A stretch of 16,861 nucleotides of DNA, taken from Verrucomicrobiota bacterium. GTDB taxonomy: Bacteria > Verrucomicrobiota > Verrucomicrobiia > Limisphaerales > SXQI01. Position numbers and translations under genes: made by a program. The notes beneath the pieces were generated by a model that was given only the letters and a program-made list of their open reading frames with translations, was not told where the DNA came from and did not search any database. Every line of letters begins with the position of its first letter. Positions within the stretch are counted from its first letter, which is position 1. The DNA lies in assembly GCA_033762115.1 (NCBI GenBank), contig JANRLX010000116.1, forward strand, positions 1 through 16,861, in the 5' to 3' direction. Below, piece by piece: positions 1 to 7,313 of the stretch.

Positions 1-2
1 GG

Positions 3-356
3 GTGGTGAAGGCGGTGGTGTCGGTGCCCGCAGTGGTAGGGAATATCAAAGTGCGGATTGCCGCTGACGTATTTGCAAATGCGAACTCATTGGGGAACTC
101 GACATTGCCGCCACAGCCGACATTGTCCAGTGTCACGGCAACCACGACTTCAAGCAATGTGGTGATGCGATTCTCCTTCACAGCAGTGAGCGGAGCTTCC
201 TACCAGGTGGAGTCAACAACGAACCTTTCCGCAGTGCCGATTGTCTGGACGGCAGAAAGCGGGACGCTGACGCCGCGAGCGGGGGTGCAGAATCTTTCGA
301 TCACGAACGGGCCGCCGATCGATCCATTCAAGTTCTTCCGCCTGAAGGCGTTCTAA
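3..356 (+). CDS. C-terminal fragment of a secreted/surface protein ending in a Verrucomicrobia-type C-terminal domain (5' end outside the window)
   Basis: The frame is open from the window edge to TAA at 354-356. The last ~80 aa read PTLS..FSFTAVSGASYQVESTTNL...W....FKFFRLKAF, a pattern I recognise from the C-termini of many verrucomicrobial secreted proteins. A terminator follows. Confidence 0.75.
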   Translation: MVKAVVSVPAVVGNIKVRIAADVFANANSLGNSTLPPQPTLSSVTATTTSSNVVMRFSFTAVSGASYQVESTTNLSAVPIVWTAESGTLTPRAGVQNLSITNGPPIDPFKFFRLKAF

Positions 357-377
357 ATAATTTCGCACAGTTTTTTG

Positions 378-413
378 AGCGCGGAGAGACTGCTGTTTCT
401 CCGTGTTTTTTTT
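378..413 (+). terminator. Rho-independent terminator
   Basis: GCGGAGAGAC (381-390) pairs with GTTTCTCCGT (395-404) using G-U pairs around a TGCT loop. A T8 run (406-413) follows, about 25 nt after the stop codon. Confidence 0.8.
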
Positions 414-433
414 GTGGGGTGGTGTCTGCTCGT

Positions 434-453
434 GTCACATTATCGTCACTTGC
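434..453 (+). promoter_or_regulatory. Candidate transcription-factor site, GTCAC-N6-GTCAC (11-bp period), copy 1
   Basis: GTCACATTATCGTCACTTGC is 16/20 identical to 14751-14770. Both copies are intergenic and upstream of probable operon starts. Confidence 0.45.
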
Positions 454-539
454 GGGGAGGAAGAGCAGACATAAACTCGTGGGCCATGGTTGAAGTGTTG
501 TGACCATGTCCAGGATCCGGTGCGGGTCCGAATCACGCT

Positions 540-2213
540 ATGCAAAGTCTTGGAAAGAAACTGATCATTATCACTGTGGTGCTGGCATTGCTCGGCATTG
601 GAGGCTTTTTTGGCCGTAAAGCCTACAAAAAGACAGTGGAAAGACGTCTTGTCCGGGAGACGAAGGAGTATCTGGAGCAGAAGAACTGGCGAGGAGCGAG
701 CCTGACTTTGAGGCGATCATTGCAGTTGAACCCGCACAATCTGGAAGCGAGCAAAATGATGGCGGACCTGATGGAAGCTTCTGGCTCTCCGGTGGCGTTG
801 GATTGGCGGGTGCGGGTCGTGGAACTGGACCCCGGATCGAGTGAGTATCGAATGGATTGGGCGCGAACAGCGGTTCGGTTGCGGGATTTTACTGCTGCAA
901 GTAATGCGTTATCGGGATTGAGCAGTTCGGCGCGGACGAATGTGACTTATCACAAGTTGATGGGTGGTCTGGAGCTGGCGTTGAGCCGTCCGGAAAAGGC
1001 GGAGTCGCATTATGCCGAAGCGTTGCGCCTGGAGCCGACGAACCAGTTGACGTTGATCAACCTGGCGACAGTGCGACTGGGTTCAACGAACCTGACCCAG
1101 GCGGCGGAAGCGCGGGGAATTTTGAAATCGCTGGTGACAAACAAGGCGACTCGCCCGATGGCATTGACGCGATTGCGGGCGGATGCGCTTTATCGACAAT
1201 CAACGAATGAGGCGATTGGATATTCCAGGGAGTTGGTGAATGAAGCGGAAATTTCGATTGATGAGAAGATGGATCATCTGCGGTTGCTATCGCGTGCCGG
1301 GAGCCCTGAAGAGAAGCCGTTCCTGGAAAATTTAAAAGAGCAGGCAACGAAATCTTCAGCGATTGCCTATTCCGTTGGACGGTGGATCACGATCAAACAG
1401 AGTCCGGCAGCCGCGCTGGCATGGCTGAAAAGCCTGCCTCCAGAGACGAGTTCGACTGAGCCTGTGCCGCAGGTGATGGCGGATTGTTTAATTTTGATGA
1501 AGAATTGGCCTGGATTGCTGGCATTGCTTGAAAGCGGCAACTGGGGGGAAAGCGAGTTTTACAGGCTGGGGCTCACCGCGATGGCGCAACGGACGATGGG
1601 TGAAACGGTCGCAGCGGAAAGTTCCTGGCGGAAGGCGATGCGGCTTTCCACGCGGCGATTGGATCGATTAACCCGCCTGTCAAAAGTGGCTGAAGCGGCC
1701 GGGATGACGGAGGAACGGCTGAGGGTATTGCAGGAAATCACGGAAAGTTTTCCGAAGGAACGATGGGCGGGAGAGAAACTGGCGCAGCATTTTTATGCGG
1801 CTGGAGACACGAAGGCGATCCACCATGTGCTGTCAAAAATACATTCCTCGAACCCGGCTGATCCATCGCTGAAGAACAGCCTTGCGTATATTCGGCTGTT
1901 GTTAAGGACAGACATGGAGAATGCGCATCGAATGGCGAAGGAAGCGTACCAGACGGCACCGGAGGACAGCGCAGTCATTACGACCTATGCTTATTCGTTG
2001 TTCCTGAATGGAAATGGGGCGGAAGCGGTGGAGTTGCTGAAAAAGCTAAATCCTGAGTCGTTGAAAAACCCGCGCACTGCAACCTGCTATACCGTGATCA
2101 ATGCGCATACCGGCGACAAGGTGGCGGCGAAAAATTTTCTGAAAAAAGTGGATGGGATGCAAATGTTGCCTGAAGAAAGGGAGATCCTCAGTCAGGCCAG
2201 CGCTCATTTGTAA
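540..2213 (+). CDS. Membrane-anchored TPR-repeat protein (PrsT-like, PEP-CTERM/EPS-associated), paralog 1
   Basis: 557 aa. N-terminal KK plus hydrophobic helix (LIIITVVLALLGIGGFFG). TPR-type motifs: LRRSLQLNPHNLEA, YAEALRLEPTN, AKEAYQTAPED..TYAYSL. Colinear similarity to 7314-8978. Confidence 0.85.
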   Translation: MQSLGKKLIIITVVLALLGIGGFFGRKAYKKTVERRLVRETKEYLEQKNWRGASLTLRRSLQLNPHNLEASKMMADLMEASGSPVALDWRVRVVELDPGSSEYRMDWARTAVRLRDFTAASNALSGLSSSARTNVTYHKLMGGLELALSRPEKAESHYAEALRLEPTNQLTLINLATVRLGSTNLTQAAEARGILKSLVTNKATRPMALTRLRADALYRQSTNEAIGYSRELVNEAEISIDEKMDHLRLLSRAGSPEEKPFLENLKEQATKSSAIAYSVGRWITIKQSPAAALAWLKSLPPETSSTEPVPQVMADCLILMKNWPGLLALLESGNWGESEFYRLGLTAMAQRTMGETVAAESSWRKAMRLSTRRLDRLTRLSKVAEAAGMTEERLRVLQEITESFPKERWAGEKLAQHFYAAGDTKAIHHVLSKIHSSNPADPSLKNSLAYIRLLLRTDMENAHRMAKEAYQTAPEDSAVITTYAYSLFLNGNGAEAVELLKKLNPESLKNPRTATCYTVINAHTGDKVAAKNFLKKVDGMQMLPEEREILSQASAHL

Positions 2214-2351
2214 CATCAGATTGATTCCATTTTCGTTGCCAAGAGCAATCATTCCAAATTGCACATGAAGATTTTTTTTCCACGAGGGCAATCAGCAACA
2301 GGCCTGGTCCATGAAAGGTCCAGGAACTGTGAAGTAGTAACGGGCGCTGCC

Positions 2352-5279
2352 ATGAAAGTGTTGATGTCGCTATTGATGGTAACGATGCTGACTGGTGGGG
2401 CATGGTTGCAGGCGGCGCAATTGTTGCCATTCAACCCAGCTGCGGATGACAGGATCCATGCTCTCGCGGTGCAGCCGGATGGGCGAATCCTGGTGGGAGG
2501 GAAATTCACAATGATTGGAGGGAAGAAGCAGGCTTACCTGGCGCGGCTTTTTCCGGATGGCCGGGTTGATGAAACATTCCGCATCCAGCTGGATGCGCCG
2601 ATCAACTGCATTGCCATCCAGCCGGACAATAAAATTCTCATTGCAGGGCATTTTCAGGCGGTGAATGAAACAAAGCAGACGCACCTGGCGCGGCTTGAAG
2701 CTGATGGCGCGGTGGACGGATCATTTCGTCCTGATCCGGATTTTGAAGTGACGGCTGTGGCTGCAGGAAAGGATGGAAAAATTCTTGTCGGGGGACGTTT
2801 TCGTCATCTGGCGGGCGCTCCGTGTAACTACCTGGGTCGTCTTTTTCCGGACGGCCGCTTGGACACGGATTTCAAGCCGGTGGTAAACAGCGAAATTCTT
2901 TCCTTAAGAATTGTGGAACAGGGAAAAATCGTGATTGCCGGTTATTTTTCGGAAGTGAACGGCACACAGCGCCGTCACCTGGCACGTCTGGAGGCGAACG
3001 GTGTGCTCGATTCAGAATTCGCGCCGGTGGTGGATGGATATGTGTATGCGCTTGCGCTGGATGGCGGGGGGAATCTGCTGCTGGGAGGGCTTTTTTCTGA
3101 GATTGGCGGACATCGGCGGACCCGGATTGCGCGTTTAAATCCGAAGGGCGTTTTAGACACGGCGTTCAATCCGGGGATTCATGATGGACCGGGAGTGCGT
3201 GTTTCCACCATCGGAGTGCAGTCGGACAGCAAATTAATTATAGGCGGGTATTTCCTGGGAATTGGAGAAAACGCGATTACGAACATTGCGCGTTTGAATC
3301 CGGATGGTTCAGTGGACAAAACGTTTGACCTCAAGGTGGGCGATGATCAGGACAATGCCGTGGAGGCAGTGGCACTGCTGGAGGATGGAAAGTTTCTGGT
3401 GGGGGGATCGTTTACGAATCTTTCAAATGAACCGCGCGGCGGACTTGCGCTGTTGGCAACGGAGGAGGAGAAGAGGCCCGGAGGGTTGGTGGCAGAGGAA
3501 AATAAATTTTTGTGGGAACGCGCTGGATCGTCGCCGGAATTGCAGTGGAGCAGGCTTGAAGGGTCACAGGATGGAGTGAAGTGGCAGGACCTGGGTGAGG
3601 GGAAGAGAGTGGAGCGCGGGTGGGAGTTTAGAACGGTTTCCCAAATGTCTCATCCATACCTGCGCGCGCGCGGGGTTGCTTATGGAGGCGGCCAGAACGG
3701 ATCTAGCTGGCCGGTGGAGGCTGCGGCGGGAAAACCGCTGGTAATGATTTATCCGGCACGGCAGACGAATCAAGCGATGACCACGGCGATTTTTTCTGCG
3801 GCTGGCCAGGGGAGCGGGCCGATTTCGTATCAATGGTTCAGAGATGGCAAGGCCTTGATGGAAAAGGGTGGAGTTTTGGGAACAGCCACAGAGACGTTGC
3901 GTTTGATTTCTGTGTCAGCAGAGAGCGGGGGAAAATATTCAGTCACGGCAAGCAATGCGTTCGGAATGGTTTCGAGCACGCCTGCCGAGTTATTCGTGAA
4001 TGACCCGGCAATCATCGCAGGGCCGACCAATATTTTTGCAAAGAGTGGTGAGGCGGTTTCGCTCAAGGTGGAGGCGGCAGGGACTGAGCCAATGAAGTAT
4101 CAATGGATAAAAAACGGTTCGCCGGTATCGGGAGGAAACGAGAAGGAGCTGACGATTGAAAATGTGCAGGCCAAGGATGCCGGGAGCTATCAGGTGAAGG
4201 TGGAAAATGCCCATGGAAGCAGCAGCAGCGAGGTGATGAAGCTGAAGGTTGACTTTGGAGATGTGGATACGCTGAGCGTGGCGGCGAATGATGAGGTTGC
4301 GGCAGTGGTTGTGCAAAGGGATGGAGGGATGGTGCTGGGCGGGAATTTCACAAAACTTGGAGAGGAGGGAAGGAAGTATCTGGGCCGAGTCAATCAGGAT
4401 GGAGTGGTTGACGAGAAGTTTGCCCCATTGCTGAACGATACGGTTCTTTCAATCGCACAACAGCCTGACGGAAAACTTTTGGTTGGAGGGCATTTTACAT
4501 TGGTCAATGAAAAGCCGTTCTCTCGTTTGATTCGATTGAATCCAGATGGAAGTGTGGATGAGAGTTTTAATCCGGGGCTTAATGACGCGGTCATGTCGAT
4601 TGTCCTGCAACCGGATGGAAAAATCTTAATCGGCGGATTCTTCTCGAAAGTGGCCGGACAGCCACGGAGCCGGATTGCACGGCTGAACCCGGATGGGAGC
4701 CTGGACATGGAATTCAATCCGGATGCGAGCTTTGCAGTGGATGCCATCGCGCTGCAAAAGGATGGAAAAATCGTGATTGCGGGGAGGTTTAAATTAGTCG
4801 GAGGAAAGCCGCACGATTACCTGACGAGGCTGAATGCGGATGGAAGTGTGGATGAGACGTTCAAGGCGGAAGCGAATGGCTGGATCAATTCGCTGGCAAT
4901 CGATGCAGATGGAAAAATCATTTGCGGAGGTGAATTCACGGCTGTGAATGGCATGACCCGAAAGTACCTGGCCCGGATGCATCCAGATGGCAAGGTGGAT
5001 GAGAGCTTCGATGTGGAAGTGAATGCGCCGGTGTTGTCGATCCGGGTGCAGCAGGACCACAAAATACTTTTAGGCGGGGATTTCACGATGGTGAACCAGC
5101 AACCGAGAATGCACCTGGCGCGGTTGGGAGCGGATGGGGTGTTGGACCAGGAGTTCAATCCCGGCGCGAGCCATCGAATTTATTCGATGACACTCCAGGA
5201 GGATGGAAAGGTGATTGTGGCGGGGCGCTTTAAAATGCTTGGAGGACAGCCACGGTTGCATATTGGGCGATTGAATTAG
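2352..5279 (+). CDS. Secreted delta-60 repeat (beta-propeller) protein with two immunoglobulin-like domains
   Basis: The in-frame ATG at 2352 gives a signal peptide (MKVLMSLLMVTMLTGGAWLQA), so it is preferred over the TTG at 2259. There are fourteen ~49-aa repeats 'a.QPDGKILVGG.F.......LARL..DG..D..F' in two blocks of 7. Two Ig I-set-like units lie between them (YQWFRDG...GKYSVTASNAFG; YQWIKNG...DAGSYQVKVENAHG). Confidence 0.9.
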   Translation: MKVLMSLLMVTMLTGGAWLQAAQLLPFNPAADDRIHALAVQPDGRILVGGKFTMIGGKKQAYLARLFPDGRVDETFRIQLDAPINCIAIQPDNKILIAGHFQAVNETKQTHLARLEADGAVDGSFRPDPDFEVTAVAAGKDGKILVGGRFRHLAGAPCNYLGRLFPDGRLDTDFKPVVNSEILSLRIVEQGKIVIAGYFSEVNGTQRRHLARLEANGVLDSEFAPVVDGYVYALALDGGGNLLLGGLFSEIGGHRRTRIARLNPKGVLDTAFNPGIHDGPGVRVSTIGVQSDSKLIIGGYFLGIGENAITNIARLNPDGSVDKTFDLKVGDDQDNAVEAVALLEDGKFLVGGSFTNLSNEPRGGLALLATEEEKRPGGLVAEENKFLWERAGSSPELQWSRLEGSQDGVKWQDLGEGKRVERGWEFRTVSQMSHPYLRARGVAYGGGQNGSSWPVEAAAGKPLVMIYPARQTNQAMTTAIFSAAGQGSGPISYQWFRDGKALMEKGGVLGTATETLRLISVSAESGGKYSVTASNAFGMVSSTPAELFVNDPAIIAGPTNIFAKSGEAVSLKVEAAGTEPMKYQWIKNGSPVSGGNEKELTIENVQAKDAGSYQVKVENAHGSSSSEVMKLKVDFGDVDTLSVAANDEVAAVVVQRDGGMVLGGNFTKLGEEGRKYLGRVNQDGVVDEKFAPLLNDTVLSIAQQPDGKLLVGGHFTLVNEKPFSRLIRLNPDGSVDESFNPGLNDAVMSIVLQPDGKILIGGFFSKVAGQPRSRIARLNPDGSLDMEFNPDASFAVDAIALQKDGKIVIAGRFKLVGGKPHDYLTRLNADGSVDETFKAEANGWINSLAIDADGKIICGGEFTAVNGMTRKYLARMHPDGKVDESFDVEVNAPVLSIRVQQDHKILLGGDFTMVNQQPRMHLARLGADGVLDQEFNPGASHRIYSMTLQEDGKVIVAGRFKMLGGQPRLHIGRLN

Positions 5280-5289
5280 CGGCGCTGTG

Positions 5290-6600
5290 ATGAATCCTCA
5301 GCCTGCACGGAAACAGGGTTGGCGGCGGGCATGGGCGTGGCAGGTGGGATGTTGCTGCGGAATGGCAGTTGCGGGAATCCAATCCGCGCAGGGGCAGGAG
5401 GCGTTGAGAAGCGCGATTTCAGTGGATCGAAGCGTCAAGGTGCGTCCTCTGCGGCCGGATTATGTCAAACCTGCGGGGACTTATTTTGGCCCGGTGCAGT
5501 TCAGCAAAGGGCTATACTCGGAGGTGGGTTACGACAGCAACGTGAACCTGAGCGAGAGGGACCCGCAGTCCGATGTGTATTTTCGCAATGGTTTTAGAAT
5601 TGGTTTGCATTGGCCGGTAACGGTCCGTTCTGAACTGCGGTTTGGAACGGAGGTGGGATACATCCATTATCTGGACCGTGGGAGAAACAGCGGGTTCGAG
5701 GTGGCGCCGGACTCGACCCTGGCCTACACGTTTTCCTTTGATGAGCTGCGTGTGACATTGTTTGACCAATTTAATTACCTGCAACAAGCCCGGACGGAAG
5801 CGGCGCTGGTGAACATAGCGACATTGTCGCGATTGGAAAACAGCGCAGGGATCCGTTTTTCCTGGGAACCGAACCAGTTTATTTTCCAGTTTGGCTACAG
5901 TCATCACAACACCGCTTCGGATGAGGAGACTTACGAGTATATCAACCGCTCTTCCGAATATTTATTTGGCCGGGCGGGGATGCGCCTGGCCGAGGCGACA
6001 GAAGCGGGGATCGAGGCGAGTGTGGATTTTTCCTCTTACGAATTCTCGGTGCAGAACGATCAGGACACAGTATCAGTGGGAGCGTACGTGGAGTGGCAAT
6101 TGATGGAGCACCTGCGTGTCATGGCGCGGGGAGGGCCGACGATTTCGAAGTTTCACAATCGAGTGACCACAGGGAACGATGATGGGGGGCTGAATTCGCA
6201 TTATTACGGGTTTGAAGTGGCGCAGCAACTGACCCAATTCATGTCGCATAAAGTAGGACTGACGCGGGAAGTGCGTGCGGGATTAAGTGAAGGAAGCGCT
6301 TATATCGAGCAGTTGACCGGGAGCTACTCGTTCTACTGGTCGCCAACGCGATGGTTGACCATTGGGATGGGGCTGGCCTACGAAGATGGACAGCAGCCGT
6401 TGCCTTTTTTCGTGAACGGGGTGCGAGGAGAGATTGTGGAGAAGTTTAATCGATTCGTGGCTCATCCAACGATCTCCTGTCGGTTGACAGATTCATTCAC
6501 GGCAACGCTGGCGTATATTCATGCGATTCGTGACACGAACCTGAACCAGCGGAATTATCGAAACCATCTGGTTTCCCTGAATTTGGCCTACAGTTTTTAA
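5290..6600 (+). CDS. EPS-locus outer-membrane beta-barrel protein
   Basis: Signal peptide ending ..QSAQG/QEAL, EVGYDSNV near the N-terminus, and many alternating aromatic/amphipathic strands. The C-terminus SLNLAYSF with terminal Phe is typical of BAM substrates. It sits directly before the OPX gene. Start is GTG 5287 or ATG 5290. Confidence 0.85.
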   Translation: MNPQPARKQGWRRAWAWQVGCCCGMAVAGIQSAQGQEALRSAISVDRSVKVRPLRPDYVKPAGTYFGPVQFSKGLYSEVGYDSNVNLSERDPQSDVYFRNGFRIGLHWPVTVRSELRFGTEVGYIHYLDRGRNSGFEVAPDSTLAYTFSFDELRVTLFDQFNYLQQARTEAALVNIATLSRLENSAGIRFSWEPNQFIFQFGYSHHNTASDEETYEYINRSSEYLFGRAGMRLAEATEAGIEASVDFSSYEFSVQNDQDTVSVGAYVEWQLMEHLRVMARGGPTISKFHNRVTTGNDDGGLNSHYYGFEVAQQLTQFMSHKVGLTREVRAGLSEGSAYIEQLTGSYSFYWSPTRWLTIGMGLAYEDGQQPLPFFVNGVRGEIVEKFNRFVAHPTISCRLTDSFTATLAYIHAIRDTNLNQRNYRNHLVSLNLAYSF

Positions 6601-6620
6601 ATCAAAAAAGGACCTCATAT

Positions 6621-7286
6621 ATGGTGATGAAAAACAGTTCGAGCCTTCGATGGACAGAGGCGGTGATGGCGCTGCTGACTGCGGTGACGCTGGCCTGTGG
6701 GATTCTGTTCGCGACGGGTTGCGGGACCGCTGCGAGAAAGCCGCATCCGTTTGATGGATTGCCGTTTTCACCGGGGGCAGCGAATTACTCGACGAATCTT
6801 TTGCAGCAGGGAGACATGGTGAGTGTCACCTTCCAGTATTCGAGCAATTTCAACACGGTGCAAAAAATCGCGATGGATGGAACGATCAACCTTGAAAGTG
6901 TGGGGACCACCATGGCGGCAGGTTACACGTCGATGGAATTACAGATGAGGCTGGCGGAGCTCTACCGGCCGCAGATCAAGGATGATGTGGTGACAGTCCG
7001 ACTGGTGTCGGCCATTTCGAGTGTGTATGTCACAGGAGCGGTGTTTCGGCCTGGAAAAATCGCGATGGAACGCCCGTTAACAGTGCTTGAAGCGGTGATT
7101 GAAGCGGGCGGTTACGATCCGACGCGGGCAAACCTTTCCAAAGTGAATGTGCTGAGAATTGTGAATGGAATCCAGGAAACCTACCCGGTCAATTTGAAGG
7201 CAATCATTGAAGGGAAGGAACCGACGCCGTTTTATTTAAGGCCATTCGACGTCATTTACGTTCCCAATAAAGTGTTCAACTTCTAG
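6621..7286 (+). CDS. Polysaccharide export protein, OPX/Wza family (short form: Poly_export plus one SLBB domain), probable lipoprotein
   Basis: Lipobox-like LFATG-C. Poly_export motif LQQGDMVSV..IAMDGTINL..VG...AAG.T..EL. SLBB motif VYVTGAVFRPG...LTVLEAVIEAGG...ANLSKV. Ends at LRPFDVIYVP plus 6 aa. Confidence 0.9.
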   Translation: MVMKNSSSLRWTEAVMALLTAVTLACGILFATGCGTAARKPHPFDGLPFSPGAANYSTNLLQQGDMVSVTFQYSSNFNTVQKIAMDGTINLESVGTTMAAGYTSMELQMRLAELYRPQIKDDVVTVRLVSAISSVYVTGAVFRPGKIAMERPLTVLEAVIEAGGYDPTRANLSKVNVLRIVNGIQETYPVNLKAIIEGKEPTPFYLRPFDVIYVPNKVFNF

Positions 7287-7313
7287 GCAATCCCGTGAGT
7301 TTGTGAAGAGGCC

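Noticed and set aside
2259..2351. 31-aa N-terminal extension of the delta-60 ORF
   Set aside because: It starts at TTG and is hydrophilic. The ATG at 2352 gives a clean signal peptide, so this stretch is treated as intergenic.
2440..5279. ~147-bp periodicity suggesting a DNA repeat array or CRISPR
   Set aside because: The periodicity is at protein level (delta-60 repeats) with degenerate codons. There are no identical repeats with unique spacers and no cas genes.
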